From: Candidatus Poribacteria bacterium
GTDB taxonomy: Bacteria; Poribacteria; WGA-4E; WGA-3G
NCBI GenBank assembly: GCA_965198235.1
Contig: OZ240248.1
Location: 4,000,001 to 4,064,000 of the forward strand
Length of the DNA stretch: 64,000 nucleotides
Reading direction: 5' to 3'
Positions within the stretch are counted from its first letter, which is position 1. Every line of letters begins with the position of its first letter. The translations under genes and the position numbers were made by a program. A model generated the notes under the pieces. That model saw only the letters and a program-made list of their open reading frames with translations, was not told where the DNA came from and did not search any database. Of the stretch, positions 50,851 through 60,365 are shown one piece after another.

Positions 50851-51085
50851 TTACGTTTTATTCTCTTGTGAGCATTCGGATTGCTCTGAGGTCTCATGTT
50901 CGCTTAGAGCCTTGTTCTGCTTTGATTTTAGGTTACCCTGAAATCCCACTTCGTGGGTTTCGTCCCAATAATCGGCAAGGCTATGTGTATCCCAAAATTC
51001 GCCGATTTCCTCTGGTGCTGCATTCGGAGGCGGTATTGGATCCCGTTTTTTACCTTCTTTTTTATAATTTTTTTCGCTTTTCGGA
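50851..51085 (-). pseudogene. CopG/BrnA-like antitoxin remnant, possibly with toxin 3' stub
   Basis: Startless frame KRDPIPPPNAAPEEIGEFWDTHSLADYWDETHEV; preceded by KSEKNYKKRR*. Confidence 0.55.
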
Positions 51086-51193
51086 TTAGGTAGAATCGCT
51101 ACAGTTTTCCCGGTTATTTTCCGTATAACACTATATCATATTCTCCAGAATCTTTGTCATATTGTTTCCGATGCGTTAGGGAGATTTCGCTTT

Positions 51194-51640
51194 CTACACA
51201 GATGCCGCCCTTACAAGGCTAAAGATAGGAGGAACCAACATGCTGCTATAAACATATCGTCCCTATGGGACTAAAGACAAGCAGGATGACATCTTTCAAC
51301 ACATACGACTATCGGAAAGCGTCGCGATCGGGAGATCGCTCCTACAAGTGTTTGCTATTCAGTACAGTTAGGAAACCGCACCATAGGTGTCAATTTAGCG
51401 TGTCAATTGTGCCACAGGGTAATAGGTGCGGTCGTTCAGGATTTCTTAAAATCCGCGCAATCCGCGTCATCCGCGACAATCCGTGATTCAGACGAACAAC
51501 GCTTATCAGCTATCAGCGGCAGCAGTCAATCATGAGGTGTCTATAGTCCTGAAAATCCGCGAATCCCGTGAATCCCGGTTCAGACAATTAACACCGCACA
51601 TTACCGAATTAAATACTTAATCTTCATAAAACCGCACCTA
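51194..51640. repeat. cluster of intergenic repeats (palindrome pair, REP arms, 9-mer and 7-mer tracts)
   Basis: Pair at 51194-51276; TAGGTGCGGT (51423) / ACCGCACCTA (51631) arms separated by repeat tracts. Confidence 0.65.
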
Positions 51641-51664
51641 CCAATTTCGGGGTAAGGTTTGTTG

Positions 51665-52837
51665 TTACGGATTAACGACTTTATAGAGCTCTATCCCACC
51701 GTCACGAATCGTGTAGAGCGTCAGACCTTTGAGAGGATGTCGATTTTCATCAAAACGGGAGATAGCGGACGCGCCTTGATAATCGGTCGTGTTTGCCAAG
51801 GCATTCCGAACTGCATCGGGTTCCAGCGTCCCGGCATTCTTGATGGCGAGTGCCAGCAGTGCCATCGCATCGTAACCCCACGCCGAGGGACCGTCCGGCG
51901 GTTCCATATACATCGCGGTGTAAGCTGCAACAAAGGGTACCGCATCAGGAGAGTCTATACTGAAATCTCTGGTGAAGTAAGATTCCTCTAAAGGGGTATT
52001 GTCATCTAAAGTGCCGAGGAGTTTGTCCGGTTCATCCCAACCGTTGGTACCGATAAAGGTCGCGTCAATACCCATACGCCTCGCTTGTAATGCGAACAAG
52101 GGAATCTCTGGACTGAAACCGGCGATTAAGAGGACATCCGGTGCTCCAGCTTTAATCTTTGTCAACTGCGCGGTGAAGTCTCTATCACCGTGTTGATAGA
52201 TTTCACTGGCGACGAGTTCCCCACCGAGTTTCTGGAAATTCTCTTCAAAGGCATCTGCAACAGCACCGGAATATACATCACCGAATTGACGGATTGTTGC
52301 GGCGGTTTTGGCGTTCAGTTCGTCGGGGTTCAACGAGAATTGTGCTGTCGTCGCGCCCTGAACTGAAGAGGGAGCAACCGTAATAAACACGAATTCACCG
52401 GTAGACGTTACCTTCTCACCCGATGAACCCGTGATTATGGGTCGCCGAAGCTCGGTTACGACGGGTCCGATCTGCATGGAATTCGTCGAGAGTAGGGGAC
52501 CCAAGATAGCAACAACCCCTTCCTGCTCAATGAGTGTTCTGGCAATGCGGACGCTCTCCGTCGCATCTGGAAATTCACGTTCTCCTTGATTGTCCATAAC
52601 GATAAATTCGATCTGCATTCCGAGCAGTCCGCCACTGTTATTGACTTGCGCTTTTGCGAGTTCCGCACCTTTGGTGAAATTGGGGGCAAGTCCTGAGGGT
52701 TGAATCACACCGATTTTGATGGTAGACATAGCATCTGAGGTGGACGTACCGGGTGTGATGACGTGCTGGACTCGTTCGCATCCTGAAAGAGATATGACTA
52801 AGATTGCGATAAAAAGTAGAAAAGTTTTCGTGTTCAT
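51665..52837 (-). CDS. branched-chain amino acid ABC transporter substrate-binding lipoprotein
   Basis: Lipobox LSGC, IKIGVI, DFTAQLTKIK, WGYDA. Confidence 0.85.
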   Translation of the reverse strand: MNTKTFLLFIAILVISLSGCERVQHVITPGTSTSDAMSTIKIGVIQPSGLAPNFTKGAELAKAQVNNSGGLLGMQIEFIVMDNQGEREFPDATESVRIARTLIEQEGVVAILGPLLSTNSMQIGPVVTELRRPIITGSSGEKVTSTGEFVFITVAPSSVQGATTAQFSLNPDELNAKTAATIRQFGDVYSGAVADAFEENFQKLGGELVASEIYQHGDRDFTAQLTKIKAGAPDVLLIAGFSPEIPLFALQARRMGIDATFIGTNGWDEPDKLLGTLDDNTPLEESYFTRDFSIDSPDAVPFVAAYTAMYMEPPDGPSAWGYDAMALLALAIKNAGTLEPDAVRNALANTTDYQGASAISRFDENRHPLKGLTLYTIRDGGIELYKVVNP

Positions 52838-53385
52838 TACTGATTCCTTGTTTGAAAGGGAAACTGTTCGGCAACTACAAACCGGTCATCTGTTTCAGAT
52901 GAGCGATAGATGAGACTGATCGCTTCTATTTCACACCGGACCGGTTGCCATTCGGTTTGAAGTCGCTGCTGTTCGGTCCGAAGGGATCGGTGTTGGAATT
53001 GTCCAACCGAGAGGTGTGGATGAAATCCGCCAGCAAATCGCGCCGTGTCGTCATAATCCGGAAGATGCGTCATTAGCGTGGTGTGTAACTGCACGATTTC
53101 GTCTTCGGGTTCTGGAACTAAGAACATGGTACACGACTTTCGGTGGCGGAAAGCATCAAAGCGAGCGAGTTCAACAGAGAAAGGTGATACCTGTTGTGCG
53201 GCTTGTGTGAGAGCAGGGATAACCGATGCGAAATCGCGCCGCTCCGCGAATGGATAGAGCAGCGTTATGTGTGGCATCCATCGCACGAAGTTACGGTCGT
53301 GGGTTCGGCGGATGTCTTGGATAGGAGGCTGTACGGATTCCGGTGGGATGAGGACAACGGCAGTGGTGTGGGTTTTGTTGGGCAT
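52837..53385 (-). CDS. 2H phosphoesterase (2'-5' RNA ligase family)
   Basis: PHITL and PHLSV motifs. Confidence 0.85.
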   Translation of the reverse strand: MPNKTHTTAVVLIPPESVQPPIQDIRRTHDRNFVRWMPHITLLYPFAERRDFASVIPALTQAAQQVSPFSVELARFDAFRHRKSCTMFLVPEPEDEIVQLHTTLMTHLPDYDDTARFAGGFHPHLSVGQFQHRSLRTEQQRLQTEWQPVRCEIEAISLIYRSSETDDRFVVAEQFPFQTRNQ

Positions 53386-53548
53386 AAATGAAATAATGGC
53401 TGTCAGCGGTCAGCAGTCAGCAGTCAGCAAAGAGGGATTCTTAAACGAAAACCCTCTTCTCTGAAAGCCAATGGAAACAGACGATCATTATGGAAATAAA
53501 CGAAGGTACGGTTGGGAAACCGCACCGACAGTGATTAGCAGTTAACAA

Positions 53549-54349
53549 TCATCGACCGACGGACATCCCCCATCGTCCGCCGTCTACATGTATCGTTTGC
53601 CCTGTGATGTAAGAGGCATCCTTACTGAGAAGGAAAGCGATCGCTGATGCTATCTCTTCCGGTCCACAGCGGCGTTTCATAATGCAGGAATTGATCGGAG
53701 TCTCCTCCAATTCCTTCTTACGTGCGGCAGGATCGGGTGCTCTCCCGAAGTGCATCTCTGTGACAACCCAGCCAGGTGCGACGGCGTTAACGCGAATACC
53801 GTATTCGACGAATTCATAAGCCATTGTCTTCGTGAGAGAGACCAATGCGGATTTAATCGCATCGTAGACCCATCCGCCGGGTCTGCCGAGAAAACCACCC
53901 TCTGATGAGAGATTGACGATAGCAGCCCCTTCCTGTTTCAAAAGCGGTAACAGGTGCTGCGTAATCAGTACCCAGCCTCGGAGCCCGATCGCGGTTTCGG
54001 GTTGCCAATTTCGGATCCATGCGCCGTCTTCTATTGTGCCACCGCGCGCGATAGCGGCATTATTGACGAGGATGTGAAGCGCGGAAAACTTTTCGGCGAC
54101 AGCATGCGCGGCAACTTGGACGCTTTCATCATCAGCGAGATCAACTTCTACAAAAAGTGCCTTCCCACCTGCCTCTTGGATTTTGGAGACTGTTTGATGC
54201 GCCATTTCGGCGTTGTTATCGGCGATGATGACGTGCGCGCCTTCAGCTGCGAGACGGTTCGCCGTTGCTCTGCCGATGCCGGAGGCACCGCCTGTGATCA
54301 AGGCAACCTTATCTGTAAAACGGATTGTTCCCCATGGATTTGTTTGCAT
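53549..54349 (-). CDS. SDR family oxidoreductase
   Basis: TGGASGIG, NNA, YDAIK, RVNAVAPG. Confidence 0.9.
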   Translation of the reverse strand: MQTNPWGTIRFTDKVALITGGASGIGRATANRLAAEGAHVIIADNNAEMAHQTVSKIQEAGGKALFVEVDLADDESVQVAAHAVAEKFSALHILVNNAAIARGGTIEDGAWIRNWQPETAIGLRGWVLITQHLLPLLKQEGAAIVNLSSEGGFLGRPGGWVYDAIKSALVSLTKTMAYEFVEYGIRVNAVAPGWVVTEMHFGRAPDPAARKKELEETPINSCIMKRRCGPEEIASAIAFLLSKDASYITGQTIHVDGGRWGMSVGR

Positions 54350-54465
54350 TATGTTGTTAGTCCTTTTATTTAGCCGTTAGCAATCAGCCATCGGCGGTCA
54401 GCAACCCCCCTTATCAGGGGGACAGAAGGCATGTCGTCAGGAGTCAGAAAAAATCGCGAGCATGA

Positions 54466-54486
54466 GGAAACACCCAAGCAAAAACA
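54466..54486 (+). repeat. 21-nt insert motif copy in GCGAG/CTCGC palindrome
   Basis: ATCGCGAGCATGA[GGAAACACCCAAGCAAAAACA]CTCGCTTCTAC. Confidence 0.8.
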
Positions 54487-54513
54487 CTCGCTTCTACACA
54501 GAAAGAGCAGTTT

Positions 54514-55287
54514 TTACACACCTGCGACGAATCCGCCATCAACGAGCAGAGAAGCACCGGTGATCCATTCGGCATCGTCGGAGGCGAGGAAGACCGAGGC
54601 TCGCCCGATGTCTCTGGGAAGACCGAAACGTGGCAAAGCGGTTTTTTCTAATGCTTCCTCAATTTGTTCGGGGGTGAGGTAGTCCTGAATTGCTGTCTCG
54701 ATGTAGCCGGGACAGATGGCATTGACGGTTATGCCGAATTGCCCGATTTCCAAGGCGGTATCTCGAACCATGTTGACGACAGCAGCTTTCGCCGGAGCAT
54801 ACGCAGGTCCTGCCCCCCCGCCATACGCGTGGACGGAGGCGATCTGAATAATTCTTCCAAATTTCGATTGTTTCAGGTGCGGAATGGCGAGTTTTGTAGC
54901 AACAAAGACCCCACGGAGGTTGACACCAACGACCCTGTCCCAATCAGCGATTGAGAGTTCCTGCACGCCACCGGGGATATGGATACCGGCGTTATTGACG
55001 AGAATGTCAAGCCCACCAAAATGTTCGACGGTTCGCTGAATTACGCGTGCGACCTGCGCTTCGTCAGCGACATCGGCTTGGAGGAATAGTCCCTCTGCGC
55101 CGAGCTTTTCGACTTCCGTGACAGTCGGGGTTGTGGTATCGGTTTCGTGGTATTTGCCACGGAGGGGTGTCTCCTGTTTATCGACGACAGCGACCCGCGC
55201 GCCCTCGCGGGCAAATTCGAGTGCGATGCCGCGCCCGATGCCTGAACTCCCGCCTGTTACAATGCAGATGCGATCCTCGAGTACCAT
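54514..55287 (-). CDS. SDR family oxidoreductase
   Basis: TGGSSGIG, NNAG, YAPAK, VNAICPG. Confidence 0.9.
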   Translation of the reverse strand: MVLEDRICIVTGGSSGIGRGIALEFAREGARVAVVDKQETPLRGKYHETDTTTPTVTEVEKLGAEGLFLQADVADEAQVARVIQRTVEHFGGLDILVNNAGIHIPGGVQELSIADWDRVVGVNLRGVFVATKLAIPHLKQSKFGRIIQIASVHAYGGGAGPAYAPAKAAVVNMVRDTALEIGQFGITVNAICPGYIETAIQDYLTPEQIEEALEKTALPRFGLPRDIGRASVFLASDDAEWITGASLLVDGGFVAGV

Positions 55288-55298
55288 AAAACTCTACC

Positions 55299-55625
55299 TT
55301 AAGTTGCAATGACCTGCAGGTGCCCAACTTTTTCATCCGAAGGTGTGATATGAATTTCAATATTGCGGTTCAACTGATTTAGAATTGTGAACAGTTGGTC
55401 CACATTAAAATCAAAATCGCCTTTCAGTATTCGGGACACATCGGACGGATCGAGTCCAAAGCGTTTTTCTGCTGTTGCAGGAGTCAGTTTTAGTTCTTCA
55501 AGAAGGCGATAGATTTTAATCACAAGATCCACTCTTAGCTGCTCGCGTTCAGCTTCTGCTTTGGAGAAACCCATATCCAGAAATACGTTGCCAGAGCTCT
55601 CCTCAATTTTGACTTCTTCACTCAT
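55299..55625 (-). CDS. XRE-family HTH protein (HigA-like orphan antitoxin)
   Basis: ESSGNVFLDMG N-terminus plus HTH; no toxin gene upstream. Confidence 0.75.
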   Translation of the reverse strand: MSEEVKIEESSGNVFLDMGFSKAEAEREQLRVDLVIKIYRLLEELKLTPATAEKRFGLDPSDVSRILKGDFDFNVDQLFTILNQLNRNIEIHITPSDEKVGHLQVIAT

Positions 55626-55681
55626 TTTTTCCTCTTCACATTTCTCATCGATTGATCCAAAATTCTACCTTTTTGTTGATA

Positions 55682-56208
55682 TTATACCCTATCCTCCAAA
55701 ATCCTTGCAACATTTTCAGCGATGCGTTCTTCAAGTTGGCGTGCTTCGGCATTTAAGACTTCTAATTCCTCGTTGAGTTCGCTAAACCGTTCTGCGAAGT
55801 CGAAATCATCAGGTGCTTGTTCGGCGACTCCGACATAACGCCCAGGGTTCAGACTCCATCAACTTGAGGGTTTTCCTCTTCTATTGCCTTCATAGCGTCA
55901 GTAATAGCTTGCCCAATGTTCTCGCTCTCTGGCAAACTGAGGAGGTACTGGAAACGAGCATTCTCTGGCAGGTAAAACACCCCGCGCGCTTGGTATTGTG
56001 TTCTTGGATCGGTCCGTCTGCGCCTGCTCGTAGAGGCTTCGCTGCTGATTTCTTGCTCAGCCTGCGTAAATTTATGATCAGCGTATCGTAGAAAAATAAG
56101 CCCGAGCACAGGTGTTGAGTATTCTGATGCCCGAAGGCGTGAATTGGCTCTGAGTTCATCGGCGGCACTCCAGAGTCTGTTTTCGATTTCTGCGAGGTTA
56201 GTGTTCAT
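55682..56208 (-). pseudogene. hsdM: second hsdM with large internal deletion
   Basis: N-terminus [13 protein letters not shown]...VLGLIFLRY...[10 protein letters not shown] joined out of frame to C-terminal [13 protein letters not shown]...[13 protein letters not shown]; catalytic core absent. Confidence 0.85.
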
Positions 56209-56278
56209 AATGTTCCTTTTCCGATGAAAATTGCTATAGGCGAGGTTAGAAACCTCGCCAGCAAGCATGAGCGAAAAC

Positions 56279-59200
56279 TTAGAAGTAAGATCTGCCGAGT
56301 GAGTTTCCAACACCGAATGCGTTGTAAGGCGCGCCAGCAGGCAAGGTGCGGAGTCCCCAAGTTTCAGTCGTTGCGTCATAACCGACACCCATCGAAACCG
56401 CAGGCTCCTGAATCAGATTCACCTGGAACGTGAAGTCCTGACGGACGTTGTTGTAGGGTGAGTCTTCGCGCTTAATTCCAATACGGTTCCAAGAGATGCG
56501 GAGGTTCCAATCGTGGAGATTGCGTGTCATACTAATGCGTTGTGAATAAAATTGCCCCTCGATAGGATAATAGATAAGACTCACGTCAAATTCGAGGTCT
56601 TGGCTAAAGCGGTAGCGTCCAGTGGCGGTAATCGCTCGAGAAGTCCGCCTTGAGGTATGCCGTTTGCTAAAAGAGTTTCCGAAACTGATATTCCAAGCCG
56701 GTCGGGTGTAGCGAATATTGGTACGGAACCCGACCATTTTAAATTGCTTTCCATCATCGGGATGTGGATTGGGGTCGTGTGTGAATCGGACGGTCATATT
56801 TAAGTTTCGACTCGGAAGCGGGACGAATGTGAAATCGCTCTCAATGGGTTCATATTTCCGCCTATACAAAGGGTCGAACTCCGTGAAATCGGCGGTGAGC
56901 CGGGTATCAAAATAGAAGACCCGGTGCGCCGACTGGCTCCGTCGGGTCTTGATCTCAAAGTTTGTATTGAAGTTATAGGTGAGTCTCTTCCGTTCATAGA
57001 AATAGGTGCTGGGACCGAAAGGATAGAGGTTCTCATCTTCATCAACAGCAGGCTGATAATTGAATCGAAGTGAGGATTGGATTTCGTGTCTCAACTTTCG
57101 GAGTCCAGGGATATAGTCGACGTTGAAGACACGGAAGAGCGTGTTTGTAGCAGATCCATTAAAGCTGAAAACACCTTTTACAATGTTCCTATTCTTCTCC
57201 TGGTCCTGGTCGTGCCATACCATGTTTGTGTTGAAATCAAGGCTCATTTGAAGTTCCCGCAAAGGCGTAATCAAAAGCGTTGACTGCTTACGGACATCGA
57301 ATCCGAGGTCCAGCGTCTGTAGATATACATCTCTCTCTTCACCCGCTTTACCCTTATAGACTTGTCTAAAGAAGTTACCGAATTCAATATCTAAGTCGAA
57401 ACTTGTGCTTTCAAGGGTTGGAACAGTAAATAGTGAGAGAAAAGGGCTTTCAGTTTTGAACTTTTCAGCAACGCTTTCCATACGTTCATTGAGACTACCA
57501 AAGAGTGGTAACGCACTCACACGCATCCGTGAGAAATTCACAGTGAGTTGTGGCAGTTTCTGTAGCAAGCTTGTGCCTTCATCCGTGAAATCGTGAACGT
57601 GTCGGACTTCGAGTCTACTGGTAATATCTCCGATTGTTTCCCGTGAAAACGTGAGGTTGTCGTTCTCGTCGCGATCCGTTAGAGAATCGGTAGATAAACC
57701 GGTTCCATAGGTGAGTATTCCGAAAGTGTTAAGCCTGGATTCTCCGGGGAGCTCCAGTTCTTCCTTAAAATTACGGGCTTGCAACTCTGTTCTACCGGTG
57801 AAATTGATGGGGCGTCTACCGGCTTCGCGGCTATCCCATGGGGTATAGAAGGATTGGGTGTGCCCCCATCGCATAATCCAACGTCTACCGATGCGTGTAG
57901 CATTCTGCCGCTCGTAGGAGTACCGGTCTGCGCCATAGAAATAGATGTCGCCTCGATAAGTTCGTTTCTTATCAACCTTGATGAGTCGGAACGACTTTTT
58001 GGTTTGAATAGGACGACTACTAAATTCACCGGCGTACAACCTTTGCGCATCTGAGGCCACGGCACTCGGATCTTCCCATCGTCCTCGAAAACCGTGTTTC
58101 CGGTAGACTTTGAGTTCGTCTTCGGCTTCGGCATCTTCTTCAGTGACGGGGTCTTCGGAAGCAACTTCGCCATCGGACTGATCGGAGGTCGTTTCGCCTT
58201 CTGCTTCATTCTCTGACTCGGGCTGCTCTACGCTCTGATTTTTATCAGTATCATCTGCCTCGGGCTGCTCCGCGCTCTGATTTTCATCAGTATCAGGTGT
58301 ACCAGCCTGTTGCGATGGCTCCTCTGATAGGGGAGAAACATCATCAGATTCTTGTGTTTGCGCATCTTCGGGTGTGTCCAGTCCTTCACTATCTTCCTCG
58401 GTTTTTTCCGGTGCAGGGTTCATCACGTCTTCGTAAAAAGCATCCCACTCCACCTCGAACTGTTCAGCGAGTGTCTCGAAAGATGGGGTCTCCTCTTTTT
58501 CAATCAATTGGAAAATGTAAATACCTTCAGGCATGGTGATAGGTCTACGCTCAGTAACGTCTCCCGGACTCTTTAAGCGTCTGACTGAGGGCCGCCATGA
58601 GGATTCCATCTCATTTAAGAGCAAGCCTTTCCCTTCATTAGGTTCGGATAAGGTCGGTTCGGCGATGTCCGCGAATTGATCAGGAACTTGTATAAGTTGT
58701 TCAAAAGGCTCACCTTCGTGGGCACGTTCGAGCATGTCATTTGCTAATTCGCGTAGGACATATTCTGTATCTTCGCTCGCGCTAATAGCAATGTCAATAC
58801 GACGGAGTTTAATTTCACGCTCGCCATAGACATCAACGACCCGCTCTGCTTTAAGGATGTGGAAGGCAGATTCAGTTTGGAGGATAGGGCTAATTTCGCC
58901 CTCTTGTAGTGCGAACACGGCTTCCTCTAAAACCGGATCAAGTTTGGGTTTGCCCTCCTCGTCAACTTCACCGGGAACGAGGAATCCCAGGTCACCGCCA
59001 TCGTAACGGGTGTCGAAGTGGTCAGAATCGCTCTGTGCGATTTGTGCGAAGTCAGCACCTTCTTCTTCGAGCTGCCTGAGGACTTCTTCTGCGCTATCTC
59101 TCGCACGATTGACATCATCGTCAGTGATTTTATATTCAATAAAAATTTGCCGCAGCCAATAGCGGTCGTATTCACCGTCAAGCCGGTCTTGTAATTCCTC

Positions 59201-60148
59201 TGCTTTTTCTTTTAACTTCGTGCGCTGGTTGGGTGTTACATCAGGTGGAATAGGGATATAGATTTCTTGAAACTGCGTATCATTGAATCGGTATTTACCT
59301 TCAAACCCGAACCCTTGTCCGCGTTTTGAACTCCTGTCGTAGAGCAACGCCCCATCATAACGGCGTTTGCGTGCCACAGGTAAGATAATACTGATGTTGG
59401 GACCCTGGTAACTATCCGTCCCAATTTTAACGATAATTTTTGCGATCTTACCTTTCCGTATGTCTCGGCGCATGACCGGAAAATAGAAGAGTGGGAACCC
59501 ACCAATGCGTAAAACGATATTTTTGGCGATCATCTCCTGATCCTTTCGGACAATGACTTCGGAGACACTAAAATAATAGTGCGGATATTTCAGTGAGCAG
59601 GTCGTCAGGGATGCACCGCGGATATAGGAGCGGTCTTCCTGTATTTTAAAGATTTCACTGCCGCCGAAGTACCACGGGTCGCTGAATGTAAACCCATCCC
59701 GAGCGATTCCTTTTTTGGTTTCGAGGTTGAAGATGAGTTCATCAGAGTAAGTTTCTTCGTCCCCCATCTTTAGGTGGACGTTCCCGGATGCGCGCAGCAG
59801 ATTCTCATCAAAGTCTGCCCAGACGTGGTCTGCTCGGAGAATGACATCTTCAAATTTGATAAGGGCATTTCCGTGAATTTGAACGAAATTATCAATCATA
59901 GCCAGATCGTCGCCATCGCCGATTACCATGCCTTCTTCAGGCACATCTGTTTCCGGATTCAACCGCTCTGAGCCAGACCCCTCCTCCTGTGATCCCTCCT
60001 CCTGTGTCTGATCCGTGGATTCGGGGACCTCTGTTTCAGACACCGGTGGTTCAACAGGTTGCGCCTCTTGCGCGACACTGAACCCAACTGGGCAAAGGAG
60101 ACACGCGATGACTAACAGCACCAGTGCTATACACTCAATTCCGGGCAT
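56279..60148 (-). CDS. lptD: LptD-like outer-membrane protein with inserted parvulin PPIase domains
   Basis: OstA-like jellyroll (LRASGNV, TTCS..PHY, PLFYFP), barrel C-terminus (TRNLHDW); insert with GGDLGFL and [23 protein letters not shown]; probable start 60148 (track 60202). Confidence 0.75.
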   Translation of the reverse strand: MPGIECIALVLLVIACLLCPVGFSVAQEAQPVEPPVSETEVPESTDQTQEEGSQEEGSGSERLNPETDVPEEGMVIGDGDDLAMIDNFVQIHGNALIKFEDVILRADHVWADFDENLLRASGNVHLKMGDEETYSDELIFNLETKKGIARDGFTFSDPWYFGGSEIFKIQEDRSYIRGASLTTCSLKYPHYYFSVSEVIVRKDQEMIAKNIVLRIGGFPLFYFPVMRRDIRKGKIAKIIVKIGTDSYQGPNISIILPVARKRRYDGALLYDRSSKRGQGFGFEGKYRFNDTQFQEIYIPIPPDVTPNQRTKLKEKAEELQDRLDGEYDRYWLRQIFIEYKITDDDVNRARDSAEEVLRQLEEEGADFAQIAQSDSDHFDTRYDGGDLGFLVPGEVDEEGKPKLDPVLEEAVFALQEGEISPILQTESAFHILKAERVVDVYGEREIKLRRIDIAISASEDTEYVLRELANDMLERAHEGEPFEQLIQVPDQFADIAEPTLSEPNEGKGLLLNEMESSWRPSVRRLKSPGDVTERRPITMPEGIYIFQLIEKEETPSFETLAEQFEVEWDAFYEDVMNPAPEKTEEDSEGLDTPEDAQTQESDDVSPLSEEPSQQAGTPDTDENQSAEQPEADDTDKNQSVEQPESENEAEGETTSDQSDGEVASEDPVTEEDAEAEDELKVYRKHGFRGRWEDPSAVASDAQRLYAGEFSSRPIQTKKSFRLIKVDKKRTYRGDIYFYGADRYSYERQNATRIGRRWIMRWGHTQSFYTPWDSREAGRRPINFTGRTELQARNFKEELELPGESRLNTFGILTYGTGLSTDSLTDRDENDNLTFSRETIGDITSRLEVRHVHDFTDEGTSLLQKLPQLTVNFSRMRVSALPLFGSLNERMESVAEKFKTESPFLSLFTVPTLESTSFDLDIEFGNFFRQVYKGKAGEERDVYLQTLDLGFDVRKQSTLLITPLRELQMSLDFNTNMVWHDQDQEKNRNIVKGVFSFNGSATNTLFRVFNVDYIPGLRKLRHEIQSSLRFNYQPAVDEDENLYPFGPSTYFYERKRLTYNFNTNFEIKTRRSQSAHRVFYFDTRLTADFTEFDPLYRRKYEPIESDFTFVPLPSRNLNMTVRFTHDPNPHPDDGKQFKMVGFRTNIRYTRPAWNISFGNSFSKRHTSRRTSRAITATGRYRFSQDLEFDVSLIYYPIEGQFYSQRISMTRNLHDWNLRISWNRIGIKREDSPYNNVRQDFTFQVNLIQEPAVSMGVGYDATTETWGLRTLPAGAPYNAFGVGNSLGRSYF

Positions 60149-60172
60149 TGGGATAAGGAAGGCGTGATGTTG

Positions 60173-60365
60173 GTTTTCTAATTTACCTTGCGGATAAGTC
60201 ATAGCCTCTGGGAATTTAACGGTTTCCGTGTTCGAGTCGCCTGATCCGTTGTTGCAGGCTTGGGTTTTGGTGCTGTACCATACATATCTTTATTTCAGTT
60301 GCGACTTAACCAGAAACCTGCTCGTAATGAAATGGAGAGCAGCCCAGGGGGCCATAAATTAAAAA
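60173..60365. repeat. ~190-bp structured dispersed element (copy 2)
   Basis: Collinear with 26238-26409. Confidence 0.8.

Noticed and set aside
50709-51089. 126-aa plus-strand ORF
   Set aside because: Antisense to the hsdS fragment and the CopG-like antitoxin remnant
53398-53430. 7-mer TCAGC(A/G)G tracts (also ~1413, ~2395, ~29485, ~54375) as coding or regulatory signals
   Set aside because: Low-complexity intergenic tracts with no supportable function from sequence alone; covered under nested repeats
60149-60202. N-terminal extension MTYPQGKLEN of the lptD ORF
   Set aside because: Derived from the dispersed repeat element (the same peptide appears in spurious ORF 26184-26399)
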